Made by a program: the position numbers and the translations under genes
In this document: positions 55,459 through 64,000 of the stretch, piece after piece
How the letters are laid out: every line of letters begins with the position of its first letter
How positions within the stretch are numbered: the stretch's first letter is position 1
Source: Candidatus Saccharimonadales bacterium
GTDB taxonomy: Bacteria > Patescibacteriota > Saccharimonadia > Saccharimonadales > UBA4665
Reading direction: 5' to 3'
Length of the DNA: 64,000 nt
NCBI GenBank assembly: GCA_044227625.1
Contig: JBGAWL010000001.1
Span: 6,735 to 70,734, forward strand
The notes under the pieces: generated by a model
Database searches by the model: none
Told to the model about the DNA's origin: nothing
The model's input: only the letters and a program-made list of their open reading frames with translations

Positions 55459-56073
55459 TTACTTTTTAAAGTAGTCCGTCATACTTCGTGACGGTGTTGG
55501 AGACGCTGTGGCAGGGGAACGTTGCTGACAGGGTGTTGTTGGCGCGAGAGGGGGGCCACAGAACGGGAGGTCGCCACCTGGCAGCGTGAAGTAGTCCTGC
55601 ATAGTTGGTTTTGCGAGACCACAGTTTACGTCAGCCGCCTCAATTGACGCATTTAATGCTGCCTTGGTCGCCTCTGCTAAGGTACCTGTCGCAGGTAGCT
55701 TTTTATTCACGTTGAACGTGTTTATTGCTGCAACTGTTTTTGGGTCAAATATGCCATTGACTGTCAAGGTACAGCCAATATTTCGTAATCGACTCTGAAG
55801 AACAGTGACCGCATCACCGGTGCTGCCCGGTCCTAATATTGCAGTCCGGCTTGTCGTTGGTGCCGAACCGACAGTCTTGTCAGGCGAAGCCACAGATCCG
55901 GGGCTTGTCGCTCCGACTGCATTCGGTCCAGCCATGCCCGTCTGAGGTACGTAGCTGATACCTCTTGCACAGCCCCCAGCAGCAAAAACCGCAGCGCTAG
56001 CTAGTCCGCATGCAACTCCTCTACGTACGATTCGTGACCCTGGTTTTTCAATCCCTTGTTGCCTAGAAGTCAT
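55459..56073 (-). CDS. Peptidoglycan-binding domain (PG_binding_1) lipoprotein
   Basis: Lipobox FAAGGC. GSTGDAVTVLQSRLRNIGCTLTVNGIFDPKTVAAINTFNVNKKLPATGTL fits the PF01471 pattern. Confidence 0.7.
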   Translation of the reverse strand: MTSRQQGIEKPGSRIVRRGVACGLASAAVFAAGGCARGISYVPQTGMAGPNAVGATSPGSVASPDKTVGSAPTTSRTAILGPGSTGDAVTVLQSRLRNIGCTLTVNGIFDPKTVAAINTFNVNKKLPATGTLAEATKAALNASIEAADVNCGLAKPTMQDYFTLPGGDLPFCGPPLAPTTPCQQRSPATASPTPSRSMTDYFKK

Positions 56074-56140
56074 ATTAAATCGCTCCTTTCATTAGTTGGT
56101 ATTACTCTTTGATTGACTTGCATATTGCCTCCCTACGTTA

Positions 56141-58942
56141 TTATTCTATCCTAAGGTCATTATCGGCACTGGAGAGACCTGGTATCTTTGGCATTTTGTC
56201 TGGGTTCTGAAGGTAGTTGTTCATACGTTCTACAACCTGGTTGGCATAAGTCGCTATTGAAGGATACTCCTTACCTGCTGCCATTTGCTTTTTATAGGGA
56301 TTAACGCCCTTTTCTTTCCAGTGCTCGCCCGCGTACCAGGCTGTTGCTACATCAAACCAGATCTCATCTGTGGACGCCTGAGGATATTTCTTTTTGAATT
56401 TTTCGAAGAGCCGCTGCATATCTTTAGCGCCCTGCTCGTACTGAAATGCAGCTGGGGCTAAGTTTGCAGTCTTGTAGCCCCCACGACCGTTCTCACCCCA
56501 TGTACTAGGCATGTACTGGAAGAGGCCGCTTGCCCCTATGTCATTCACTACGGTGGGATTGTTACCAGATTCCTGCGTAGAGACACTGTGCACGAACGCT
56601 TCAAGATGTACGTCGTGGGAGGTTGGGGGGGGGTTAGCGCTTTCCGCCCCATCTGAGCTGCCCCCATCCGTCGCGGGTGTAAGCGCTTCAGATCCGGAGC
56701 CTGGGTCCGCGACTACCGGGATAAACACTCCGGGGTCTGCTGTGCCAGCTCCGTCTGTAGACGTTTCGTTCGGCTTATCGACAACAATAATTGGCGCATT
56801 ATCTGTTGATGTGACTGCAACTACTTGTGTTGGCGTAGGCACTGTCAGCACAGTCGTGTCACCACCGTCAGATTCAATAGGGGCAGCGGTGGTCGCTGTA
56901 GTTCCCTGTGATGATTCCGGCGGTGATGTGGTGACCGTTCCAGTATCTGTCGAAATGGGTGGTTGTACAATGCCCTCAACGGGGGCAGGTATGGCAAACG
57001 GTGAGCCAAAACCGTCCCACATTGTCACCGCAGGCAGACCAGTTGGAGTCTCTGGCTTTGCGCCATTTGTTTGTTCTGTTTGGGAGGGAACATTAGACTC
57101 TTTCGCAGCACTGCTCAGACTAGGCTCGGACGTACCGGGTGCATGGGTTACTCGTGCGTCAACCGTCCCAAATCGCGTGCCAACATATCTCAAACCGTCA
57201 TCCTTATCCCATGAGTGAAATACCGTCGTGTATTTGTCATCCCAGTTCCCGTCCACCGACCAGTAGCCTTTTTTTGTAATCGCAAATATACGAGCTGTGT
57301 GTCGCCCAAAATTCCCATCATAGTACATGAGGTAATCGCCGATGCCGACTTTCCCGTTCATATGGTCGCCTGTCAGAAAATCTTTGGCGGAGTAGACCGC
57401 CGAACCAGGTTCCGCCTTCAGGGCATTAACAAGGTACTGCGTATACCACATTCTGCCGTTGGGCTGAACCCCTTGGAGTTTTGTGTCAAATGGCATCTTT
57501 AGAGCCAGATCACCCCCTGTGGCAGCCGCGACACACCACGGCCAGGCTTTGCCAGATTTTCCGTCCATAAACAACTTTGAAGGAGGACCTGCATTCGCAC
57601 CAACTTCTTTGATTTTTAGAGCGAGCATATCCTTTGACCACTGGATGAATTCTTTGCGGTAAGCTTGTTTGGTAATTACCTGGCCAAGGCCAATTTCCGT
57701 TGTAGCACTAGCCACCGGGGTGGCTAGCTTTGTCTCGACATTGGCCGTAGTTGGCATGACTAACCCAGTTAGAGTCTTTACGGCTGTCGGCAGGGGGACT
57801 ACACTCGGTTGCAAATCTGGACCCAGTGCCGCTGGCGCCGATGAGAATACCTCACTGGCTACAAGAGGTGCTGATACTGATAGCTCAGTGCCGGTCACTG
57901 ATGACGCTAGCTCATGCTGGCCTGCTTCCAGCGGCAGGACTATAGCATCCTGTGGAGGAGCGAACCCAGCCAAAACCTCAATATTCCCCGCACCGCCGCT
58001 TAGGGTATCGAGCTTTCCCGGTTGTTGCGCAGCCTCGGAGCTAGTGGTCTGAGTCCCAGGGAACGACGACGCTACAGGAGAAGCGTCAAGAAGGGTTGTC
58101 TGTAGAGGTGCCCCGGCCGCTTGTTCTAAGGAGGCGGGGCTAGTACTGGGCTCATGAACAACGGTGGTTAAGGGTGGGAGCACAGCACCTGTGCCAAGAA
58201 CAATTTCTGGAATAACAGGTGCTGCAGACGTACTCAAAATTGGTTCAATGGTGGCTCTTTCAAGTCCTAGCCCATTTGCAACAAGGCTTGAAATGACCCC
58301 AGCCGGACCAACAGTGCCTGTCACCGTAATTTCATCCGCCACTAACCCGACGTTATTGGTGTACAGCGCCGTCACGGCTACCTCTTGATCCTTGGGAGGA
58401 TCGACAAGCTTCTCGGAAGCGGTTACTCCCAATACTATGGCTGCCGCACCACTTCCTGGGGTGGCTTTAGATACTACCGCATTACTTTCCAACGCAGGAG
58501 CTACCCCGCCTTCGTCTTCCGAACTTTTTTTGCCAAAAGACGGAGCCATTTGCACAACATTCACTGCGGGAAGCACGACATCCCTGTTTACAGTCGGTGG
58601 CAACAAGACTTTGTCAGTGACTGCAGCCGGTAGGGCAACAACGCTCGAAGTGGCGCGCACAACATCCCATGAAACCGACCCCTGTGCCTGAATCTGATTG
58701 CCGGAAGGCGGTATCATACCACCTGTGGTAAAAGAAACAATCAAGGCACCAGTTATAGCCAGGTTGACTTTGTCCGCTGATGTTGCAACACTACGGTCAA
58801 CAATAACCCTGTCCAGGGGCAGCCCCGGTTGCTCCGGGAGGGCTAATAATACTGGCAGGTTTTTTTTGTTCATTGTATGTCCCCTATTAGTTTGACAATA
58901 TGCTTTTTGTTTGTTTCCCTTATATTCGTATGTACTGTACAA
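56141..58942 (-). CDS. Large exported bifunctional cell-wall hydrolase: CHAP/NlpC-like domain plus C-terminal lytic transglycosylase (SLT) domain
   Basis: A long Ala/Val/Thr/Pro-rich N-terminal region. CHAP-like Cys/His (WPWCVAAA ... GRHTARIF). SLT motif STQESGNNP...ASGLFQYMPSTW. The probable start is MNKKNLP at 58873. Confidence 0.75.
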   Translation of the reverse strand: MYSTYEYKGNKQKAYCQTNRGHTMNKKNLPVLLALPEQPGLPLDRVIVDRSVATSADKVNLAITGALIVSFTTGGMIPPSGNQIQAQGSVSWDVVRATSSVVALPAAVTDKVLLPPTVNRDVVLPAVNVVQMAPSFGKKSSEDEGGVAPALESNAVVSKATPGSGAAAIVLGVTASEKLVDPPKDQEVAVTALYTNNVGLVADEITVTGTVGPAGVISSLVANGLGLERATIEPILSTSAAPVIPEIVLGTGAVLPPLTTVVHEPSTSPASLEQAAGAPLQTTLLDASPVASSFPGTQTTSSEAAQQPGKLDTLSGGAGNIEVLAGFAPPQDAIVLPLEAGQHELASSVTGTELSVSAPLVASEVFSSAPAALGPDLQPSVVPLPTAVKTLTGLVMPTTANVETKLATPVASATTEIGLGQVITKQAYRKEFIQWSKDMLALKIKEVGANAGPPSKLFMDGKSGKAWPWCVAAATGGDLALKMPFDTKLQGVQPNGRMWYTQYLVNALKAEPGSAVYSAKDFLTGDHMNGKVGIGDYLMYYDGNFGRHTARIFAITKKGYWSVDGNWDDKYTTVFHSWDKDDGLRYVGTRFGTVDARVTHAPGTSEPSLSSAAKESNVPSQTEQTNGAKPETPTGLPAVTMWDGFGSPFAIPAPVEGIVQPPISTDTGTVTTSPPESSQGTTATTAAPIESDGGDTTVLTVPTPTQVVAVTSTDNAPIIVVDKPNETSTDGAGTADPGVFIPVVADPGSGSEALTPATDGGSSDGAESANPPPTSHDVHLEAFVHSVSTQESGNNPTVVNDIGASGLFQYMPSTWGENGRGGYKTANLAPAAFQYEQGAKDMQRLFEKFKKKYPQASTDEIWFDVATAWYAGEHWKEKGVNPYKKQMAAGKEYPSIATYANQVVERMNNYLQNPDKMPKIPGLSSADNDLRIE

Positions 58943-58944
58943 TC

Positions 58945-59817
58945 CTAGCCTGTATTTGTGGGAGCGGGTGAAGTGGCGGCGACATTGCCATACAGATCAA
59001 CACCGCAAGTCACAGGCGTTAAATTTAGTGACTTACCATCCGCCGCGGGTGAAGCCGATGCGACAACAATCGAAACAATGTTTTGGGTGTCAGTCGCCGC
59101 ACGACTGCCCAGTTGTTCGTACCTGTCATATTGGTTTTGTGCACCCACTAGTAAACTGCTCGAAACGCCATTAACAGGAGTTTTTAGAAGTGCACCAGCA
59201 TGCAACTGGGCAGCCCGAACAATTGACTGCATATCTTGAATACAAACCTGTTCTTTTGTGTACGCTCCCGAAACAAGACCGGTCATTAGTAAGCCGATAT
59301 GATTGTTCAGTCCCCAGGACTTAATGACCTCATCGGTCAATGGTTTACTGGTTTTATCGGTCGGCTTTTCTTTGTACTGCGATCCAAATGCCTGCCGTAA
59401 TACATCTGGCTCATAGGTAAAGTCTGGAACAATTGCGATTTGCCTGCCGTCTTTGCTAAGATAAATGCCTTTCGCCGACAAGGAATAGCTACCTAGGCCA
59501 CGCACAACCTGACCATTTTTTTGTACAGTTGCATTTGAAACTACTTCTCCAGGCGGCGTTTGCAAAAAACCCGCAAGGGGACCAGTTGCACACCATGCTT
59601 GCCCATAACTAATGCATTGCTGATTGATGTAATCCCCCGCAAATACCTTTCCACAGCCCAAGGCCGCTATAGTAACTACTGCAGCGGTTACAACGTTTTT
59701 GACCGAACCACGATTCCGTGGTTGATGATGCGGATTGGCTTCCACAAAAACGTATCGCCCCCCTATTGGATCGCTGCCACCAATCCCAAGGTACGCACGA
59801 TCGACATCTCTAGTCAC
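58945..59817 (-). CDS. Hypothetical lipoprotein
   Basis: 290 aa with lipobox IAALGC after a TM-like segment. No family recognised. Confidence 0.5.
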   Translation of the reverse strand: MTRDVDRAYLGIGGSDPIGGRYVFVEANPHHQPRNRGSVKNVVTAAVVTIAALGCGKVFAGDYINQQCISYGQAWCATGPLAGFLQTPPGEVVSNATVQKNGQVVRGLGSYSLSAKGIYLSKDGRQIAIVPDFTYEPDVLRQAFGSQYKEKPTDKTSKPLTDEVIKSWGLNNHIGLLMTGLVSGAYTKEQVCIQDMQSIVRAAQLHAGALLKTPVNGVSSSLLVGAQNQYDRYEQLGSRAATDTQNIVSIVVASASPAADGKSLNLTPVTCGVDLYGNVAATSPAPTNTG

Positions 59818-59885
59818 GTCGCAAGCCCCTCGCTACCGGTGAATTTATTGACGTCCAAATTATCATATCATAGCCTCCGCAACCC

Positions 59886-60983
59886 TTAATTCGGTGCCTG
59901 TAAACTTCCTGTACCGCAACCCTGTTGCGTCGGAATACCGATTTCCTTCCAGGTGTATTCTACATTTTGACCCGGGAGTTCGATTTTTTTGTCCGTTAGT
60001 TTGTTAACGGTAGCCTCGAGTTTCTTTTTGTACATCGCTATTCTGTCATCTGGTGAGCCCAATTCAACTGTGATGCTATCTGGTCTCGCTTTTGTGATAA
60101 AGTCCGTGTAGGCGTTACTTATCATAGTAGTCATACTACTCTCCCCATTCGCTTGCTTGTTCGCATACTGTTTGAGTAGTCCGCCAATGGTAGCCTGCGC
60201 AACAATCTCCTTAATTGCCTCGTCGCTCAGACCGGCATTATTGAGTGCCTGTTCTGGGCAGGCCTGCATCGCGGCACTTTCTTTGACTATTTCATTAATA
60301 TCTGTCGCTACCGCTGCCTGGATGGCGTCCTTTGCGCCAGTATTCGAATTCGTTTTTAATATGGTCCCGTCATCAGTCGTAAATAATTGCAGATTTTCCG
60401 GCCCCCCCGGTTCGTCAAGAGCATTTGGTACACGCAGGAAGCATACCTGCATGGGACCAGTTTTAATTTTGATAGACACCTCCGTCGGTGATTTCGGTAT
60501 GACGTCTGCAACAACGGTCGATACCGGGGCACTATTATAGCCATTCTTTGGCACCGCCAGGCTCTTCTCTGGGGAAGGACCGTTGACGGTCATGCCAAAA
60601 CACGGATTGTAGATAACTGTGACCGGTTTGTCATTACCTCTGTTCCAAAAAAGTGTTGAGTCGGTTTTGCCAAGTATGTTGCCTTCCCAAAATTTTGAAA
60701 AACCTTGATTGTTCACATCTACCACCGCACTACCATTCAACCTCATAACAACCTCACCAATGACAGTGATAGGAACGGTGCTGGTTGCAGCTTCGTCGAG
60801 CTTTTCTACAGGTCCAAGAGTTGCCTCGGCCGCTGTTTTGCCCGCACAGGCCGCAACGACTCCTCTGCCATCGTGCAAACCCTCAAAGATACAGCCCCCA
60901 TAGCCCTCCTCCATAATCTTTAGTCCACCAGCTAACGCTAATCCTGCCGCCAGAACACCCCTAATAACTCCTTTTGCGCTCAT
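59886..60983 (-). CDS. Hypothetical exported protein
   Basis: I chose the start at MSAKGVIRGVLAAGLALAGG (signal-like), which avoids overlap with the upstream gene. The ORF is open to 61217. No family recognised. Confidence 0.5.
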   Translation of the reverse strand: MSAKGVIRGVLAAGLALAGGLKIMEEGYGGCIFEGLHDGRGVVAACAGKTAAEATLGPVEKLDEAATSTVPITVIGEVVMRLNGSAVVDVNNQGFSKFWEGNILGKTDSTLFWNRGNDKPVTVIYNPCFGMTVNGPSPEKSLAVPKNGYNSAPVSTVVADVIPKSPTEVSIKIKTGPMQVCFLRVPNALDEPGGPENLQLFTTDDGTILKTNSNTGAKDAIQAAVATDINEIVKESAAMQACPEQALNNAGLSDEAIKEIVAQATIGGLLKQYANKQANGESSMTTMISNAYTDFITKARPDSITVELGSPDDRIAMYKKKLEATVNKLTDKKIELPGQNVEYTWKEIGIPTQQGCGTGSLQAPN

Positions 60984-61017
60984 ACAGGTAGACCCTCCCG
61001 TAATACGGTTACTATAC

Positions 61018-61653
61018 TCATAATTTTCCCCCTTGAGGAATGCTGTGTACATCGCAGGAAGGAAAAGGACTGTCTGGGCGAAGCTGAACTGCGACAGCGA
61101 CGTCTTGATTCGCTTGTACATATTGGGTCGTGTTTGGGCCATGAAATAACGACTGAGCAAATTTACCCAACCGCTGGAAAAGCTGCCGGCAGGCCGGCGC
61201 GTTGTTGGGAACCGCACAAGTTTTATCTAGGCTCACAACTTCTTGCGGCATGTACGGTACAAATGTAATCTCACTGCTTGGAGCTTGGAAAGCCGCCGAT
61301 ATGCCGAGACAGACAATTGAGGTAGGGCGAGCTGGGTTCAACAGTATCTGGGACGCAGTCGTATTGGGACAACCGTTACTGCCCGTTTTTTTCAACTGAA
61401 TGAGTGCGGCCGCAGCTAAGTCGCTGGAAATAAGGGGCTCGTGGAGAAGCAGATTTTCCCCGGGGGCCATACCGACCGTGGGGAGCATTGGCTGCTCGGC
61501 TTCGATAACGCCAGACGCTCCAAGTGCATTTACAGCGCTCTCAATAACAGCGGCCGGCATGCCCGTGCCGCCACTATAATAGTCATAGAATGCATACGCA
61601 CTAAAACCAACTACCAAAGAAAGAGAAAGCCCACCTGCTGCTACTTTACCCAT
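61018..61653 (-). CDS. Hypothetical membrane-anchored protein (first gene of the minus-strand operon)
   Basis: 211 aa with an N-terminal TM helix (GGLSLSLVVGFSAYAF). No family recognised. Confidence 0.5.
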   Translation of the reverse strand: MGKVAAGGLSLSLVVGFSAYAFYDYYSGGTGMPAAVIESAVNALGASGVIEAEQPMLPTVGMAPGENLLLHEPLISSDLAAAALIQLKKTGSNGCPNTTASQILLNPARPTSIVCLGISAAFQAPSSEITFVPYMPQEVVSLDKTCAVPNNAPACRQLFQRLGKFAQSLFHGPNTTQYVQANQDVAVAVQLRPDSPFPSCDVHSIPQGGKL

Positions 61654-62016
61654 ATATATAGTTTTATACCATATTCGCTAGTAAGTAAACTCTTATGTAA
61701 GATATTATTTACAACATCTTCGCCTCTTTCTTGGATTGCCTATTACGTACCGACGCTGATCTTCTGTCATAAGAACCAAATCGCCTGACGCGTCTAACGG
61801 GCAGGATCCTAGCGTGTCCAGGGGTGTGTATTGCCAAAGCTTCCCGCCACCACTACGCCTCTATTGCTATGTCCAGACCGGTCTATCCATCTACCAATGG
61901 TTCGTGGTTTTCACTAGTTGCGCAGTAGCCTATAGACTCTCGGTTCCATCACATATACCACATAGCTGTATAAAACAAATTTACAAGCCCGCAAGTATGT
62001 AGTATAACAAACAGAT

Positions 62017-64000
62017 ATGCGCTGGAGAAGATTTGCAGCTGGAGCTACCTTGGTGGGTATTACTGCAGCAGGGATTGGCTATAAGTCTGTCTACGAACCG
62101 AATCAGCTACCTGATTTTCTATCGGTAAGCAGCCTTCCTTTTGAACCTCCCGAGCCACTAGAGGCGACCACATCGGCCGGAGGAGAGACGGGCTTATTAT
62201 GTGCCGCCAACATCAACCCATGTACACAGAGCAATGCTCTGGGCGTAATGGCTACCAGTGCCGCCATAGTAAAAACCGCATTTCAAGATATTAGTCCGAG
62301 CTTTGTGTCAGCGCTCGTAGCAGTAGAGGATCAACGGTTTTTCGAAAATGACGGGTGCGATGTTCAGGCATTGGCGCGTGCCGCCAAAGATTTTGCGCTC
62401 AGTGGCTTCTCTCGCGTTGAGGGCGCTTCGGGAATCTCGAGGCAGCTCGTCAGTCACATCGACGCCTCACCGCGTCCCCAAGATAAAAAAACATTAGACG
62501 CAGTCAACAAAGAAGGCCTAGAGTGCCTGCAGGCCAAGCTAATGGAGAAAATGCTCATCGCAAAATTGGGCAGCAAACAATTAGCAAAACAAACCATTTT
62601 TGAGTCATATGCAAACATGATGTATTTTGGCCGCAACGCCACAGGCGTCGAAGCAGCAGCACAGCAGTACTTCGGAAAATCGGCCAATAAGCTAACCGTT
62701 CCTGAATCACTTGTTCTCGTTGGTACCCTCAATGAGCCATCAAATTTAGACGTAAATTACGGTTCTGAACTCATCAGCCCGCAAAAGAAAGTGCTATATT
62801 CAAATTTTGTGTCCGCGATTCAGGAACAGTTAGCCCAGAAATCAGATGCTGCTGGGCGACGTGATGTCGTACTCGGGGCGTTAGCCACGGCACTCGCAAC
62901 GGGAAAGTTAACCCAGGGGGAAGCCGATAGCATCCGAACCTACGCAGGCTACATATACGAATCGGAGCGTGCTCAGGCCCGTTTTCGGACCGTTGTTACT
63001 GTGGCGTCCGACAATAACCCGGCACTCATATCACCAGCTCTCAGGGACTGGCTATTACGTCCTGAAAACTTTCCAGCAATGAAGCCCTTTAAACCCATCA
63101 GCCCCATCGGGGTGGGATTTAAGGGTGCGGACGCAATAAATGCTCGACCCTTCACCGATTTTGTTATCAATGACGCTCAAAGAGTCTTGTCACAAAGCTT
63201 GGGCAAACCAATCGATGCTCAAGGTGTATTGAGCGGTCGATATACAATTTACACCTCTCTCAACACTGCAGACCAAACTGCCCTTACCAAAGCAATCCTA
63301 TCAAATACTCGCACAAAATCGATTAATGGCGCTGCTGTCAGCTTGGATAAAGACGGTAATATCGTAGCGATGGTAGGGAGCAAGGACTATTCGCGAGTAA
63401 AGGTAAATCTTGCTGCTGGCCTGCTGGGCGGGGGTGGCGGACGTGATGCGGGGTCTTCAAACAAGCCGTATGCACTTGCTGTCTCTATAGAAGAGGGCGT
63501 CAATCCGACAGCTCCAATAAAAATCCCCGCCAAGGTGCTTCTTGAGCAGAAAGACCAAAAGCCATGGATTGTCGAGGGCCATACAGGCTGTGGGGCATTC
63601 AAAAAAGACCCACCATGCAATATGACCCCATCACAAGCGGTTGCTGTTTCATCTAATACATGGGCTGCAGATGTCGTAAAACAGTATGGCATCGCTCCAA
63701 TCGTTCAAAAAATGAACGCATTGGGCATGCAAGTACCGTCCCCCTACTACCCTTCACTCATTCTTGGCGCAACCGCCATGTCCCCGCTCCAAGAAGCTGT
63801 CGGTATGCGCGGTATGGTTGTCGGCGACGGTACCGCACTGTTTTATGGTGATAAGGCCTGGTCGGCTATCACACGTATTGTCGATAACAGCTCGGGCGGT
63901 CGTGTCATCTATGAACGACCGGTTCCCACACCGAAAGTTGTGTTTTCGGCAGATATAGCACGAGCGGTAACACAAGCCCTGAAGGTGGCCGTCAGTCAGC
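62017..64000 (+). CDS. Class A penicillin-binding protein (GT51 transglycosylase + transpeptidase), 3' end beyond the window
   Basis: Frame 1 is open from ATG 62017 to the window end; I checked this codon by codon, and the ORF is absent from the supplied track. It has a TM anchor, GT51-like motifs (EDQRFFENDG, GASGISRQL) and transpeptidase motifs SxxK (SSNK) and SxN (SSN). Confidence 0.8.
   Translation, partial: MRWRRFAAGATLVGITAAGIGYKSVYEPNQLPDFLSVSSLPFEPPEPLEATTSAGGETGLLCAANINPCTQSNALGVMATSAAIVKTAFQDISPSFVSALVAVEDQRFFENDGCDVQALARAAKDFALSGFSRVEGASGISRQLVSHIDASPRPQDKKTLDAVNKEGLECLQAKLMEKMLIAKLGSKQLAKQTIFESYANMMYFGRNATGVEAAAQQYFGKSANKLTVPESLVLVGTLNEPSNLDVNYGSELISPQKKVLYSNFVSAIQEQLAQKSDAAGRRDVVLGALATALATGKLTQGEADSIRTYAGYIYESERAQARFRTVVTVASDNNPALISPALRDWLLRPENFPAMKPFKPISPIGVGFKGADAINARPFTDFVINDAQRVLSQSLGKPIDAQGVLSGRYTIYTSLNTADQTALTKAILSNTRTKSINGAAVSLDKDGNIVAMVGSKDYSRVKVNLAAGLLGGGGGRDAGSSNKPYALAVSIEEGVNPTAPIKIPAKVLLEQKDQKPWIVEGHTGCGAFKKDPPCNMTPSQAVAVSSNTWAADVVKQYGIAPIVQKMNALGMQVPSPYYPSLILGATAMSPLQEAVGMRGMVVGDGTALFYGDKAWSAITRIVDNSSGGRVIYERPVPTPKVVFSADIARAVTQALKVAVSQ

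Noticed and set aside
56511-57218. 235-aa plus-strand ORF (and 57669-58052, 58392-58691)
   Set aside because: These are shadow frames antisense to the 933-aa CHAP+SLT gene, whose SLT and CHAP motifs fix the true strand.
59886-61217. Full 443-aa version of the ORF overlapping 61018-61653 by 200 bp
   Set aside because: The N-terminal 78 residues lack any signal-like character and overlap the upstream gene. An internal Met at 60983 gives a signal-like N-terminus and removes the overlap.
45339-61653. Prophage or conjugative element call for the island
   Set aside because: I recognised no integrase, terminase, portal, capsid, relaxase, or VirB4/VirD4-type ATPase (no Walker A motifs in the ORFans). 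Only the hydrolases are suggestive, so it is reported as an open question and not annotated as such.
1-64000. CRISPR arrays, rRNA genes and additional tRNAs
   Set aside because: I scanned every intergenic gap longer than about 60 bp. I saw no regularly spaced short repeats, no rRNA-like stretches and no other cloverleaf candidates. This was a by-eye scan, so short or degenerate elements could have been missed.

Overview
This is a gene-dense 64 kb bacterial window that uses the standard genetic code. Many genes overlap at start and stop codons, and Shine-Dalgarno sites are AGGAGG-like. The gene content suggests a small-genome, CPR/Saccharibacteria-like organism; that is inference only.

Positions 1-44.1 kb are mostly core and housekeeping genes:
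- Folate and translation: folA-folC, tRNA-Arg(CCG), def, rplY (Ctc form), obg, a short alaS.
- DNA repair: uvrC, a frameshifted uvrA, sbcB, ruvX.
- Envelope and division: mltG, ftsA, a LysM+CHAP hydrolase.
- Transport: a heterodimeric ABC exporter pair.
- A loose group of small stress and detoxification genes: DUF1295, DUF2177, TspO, AlkD-like, DUF1697, nitroreductase, DUF3052, two DUF1801, two NUDIX, EamA.

At 44.26-45.25 kb a 3' fragment of mnmA abuts a decayed IS5-family (IS903-like) transposase remnant. From there to about 61.7 kb lies an accessory island with a mirrored operon layout. It is rich in lipoproteins and peptidoglycan-active enzymes: Amidase_3, an AmpC-like serine hydrolase, a PG-binding protein, and a 933-aa CHAP+SLT protein. 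It also holds many ORFans.

The best candidate for something undescribed sits inside the island. Two ~217-bp inverted repeats, near-identical by manual alignment (47126-47342 and 55055-55270), bracket a 7.7 kb cassette of two divergent operons. Four of its five proteins match nothing I recognise.

Other notable points:
- A perfect 54-bp in-frame palindrome lies inside uvrC.
- A single-base frameshift splits uvrA.
- There is an orphan promoter-terminator unit next to two DnaA-box-like 9-mers.
- A class A PBP gene (62017 onward) runs off the window edge and is missing from the supplied ORF track.

I saw no rRNA, CRISPR array, integrase, reverse transcriptase or intact transposase.
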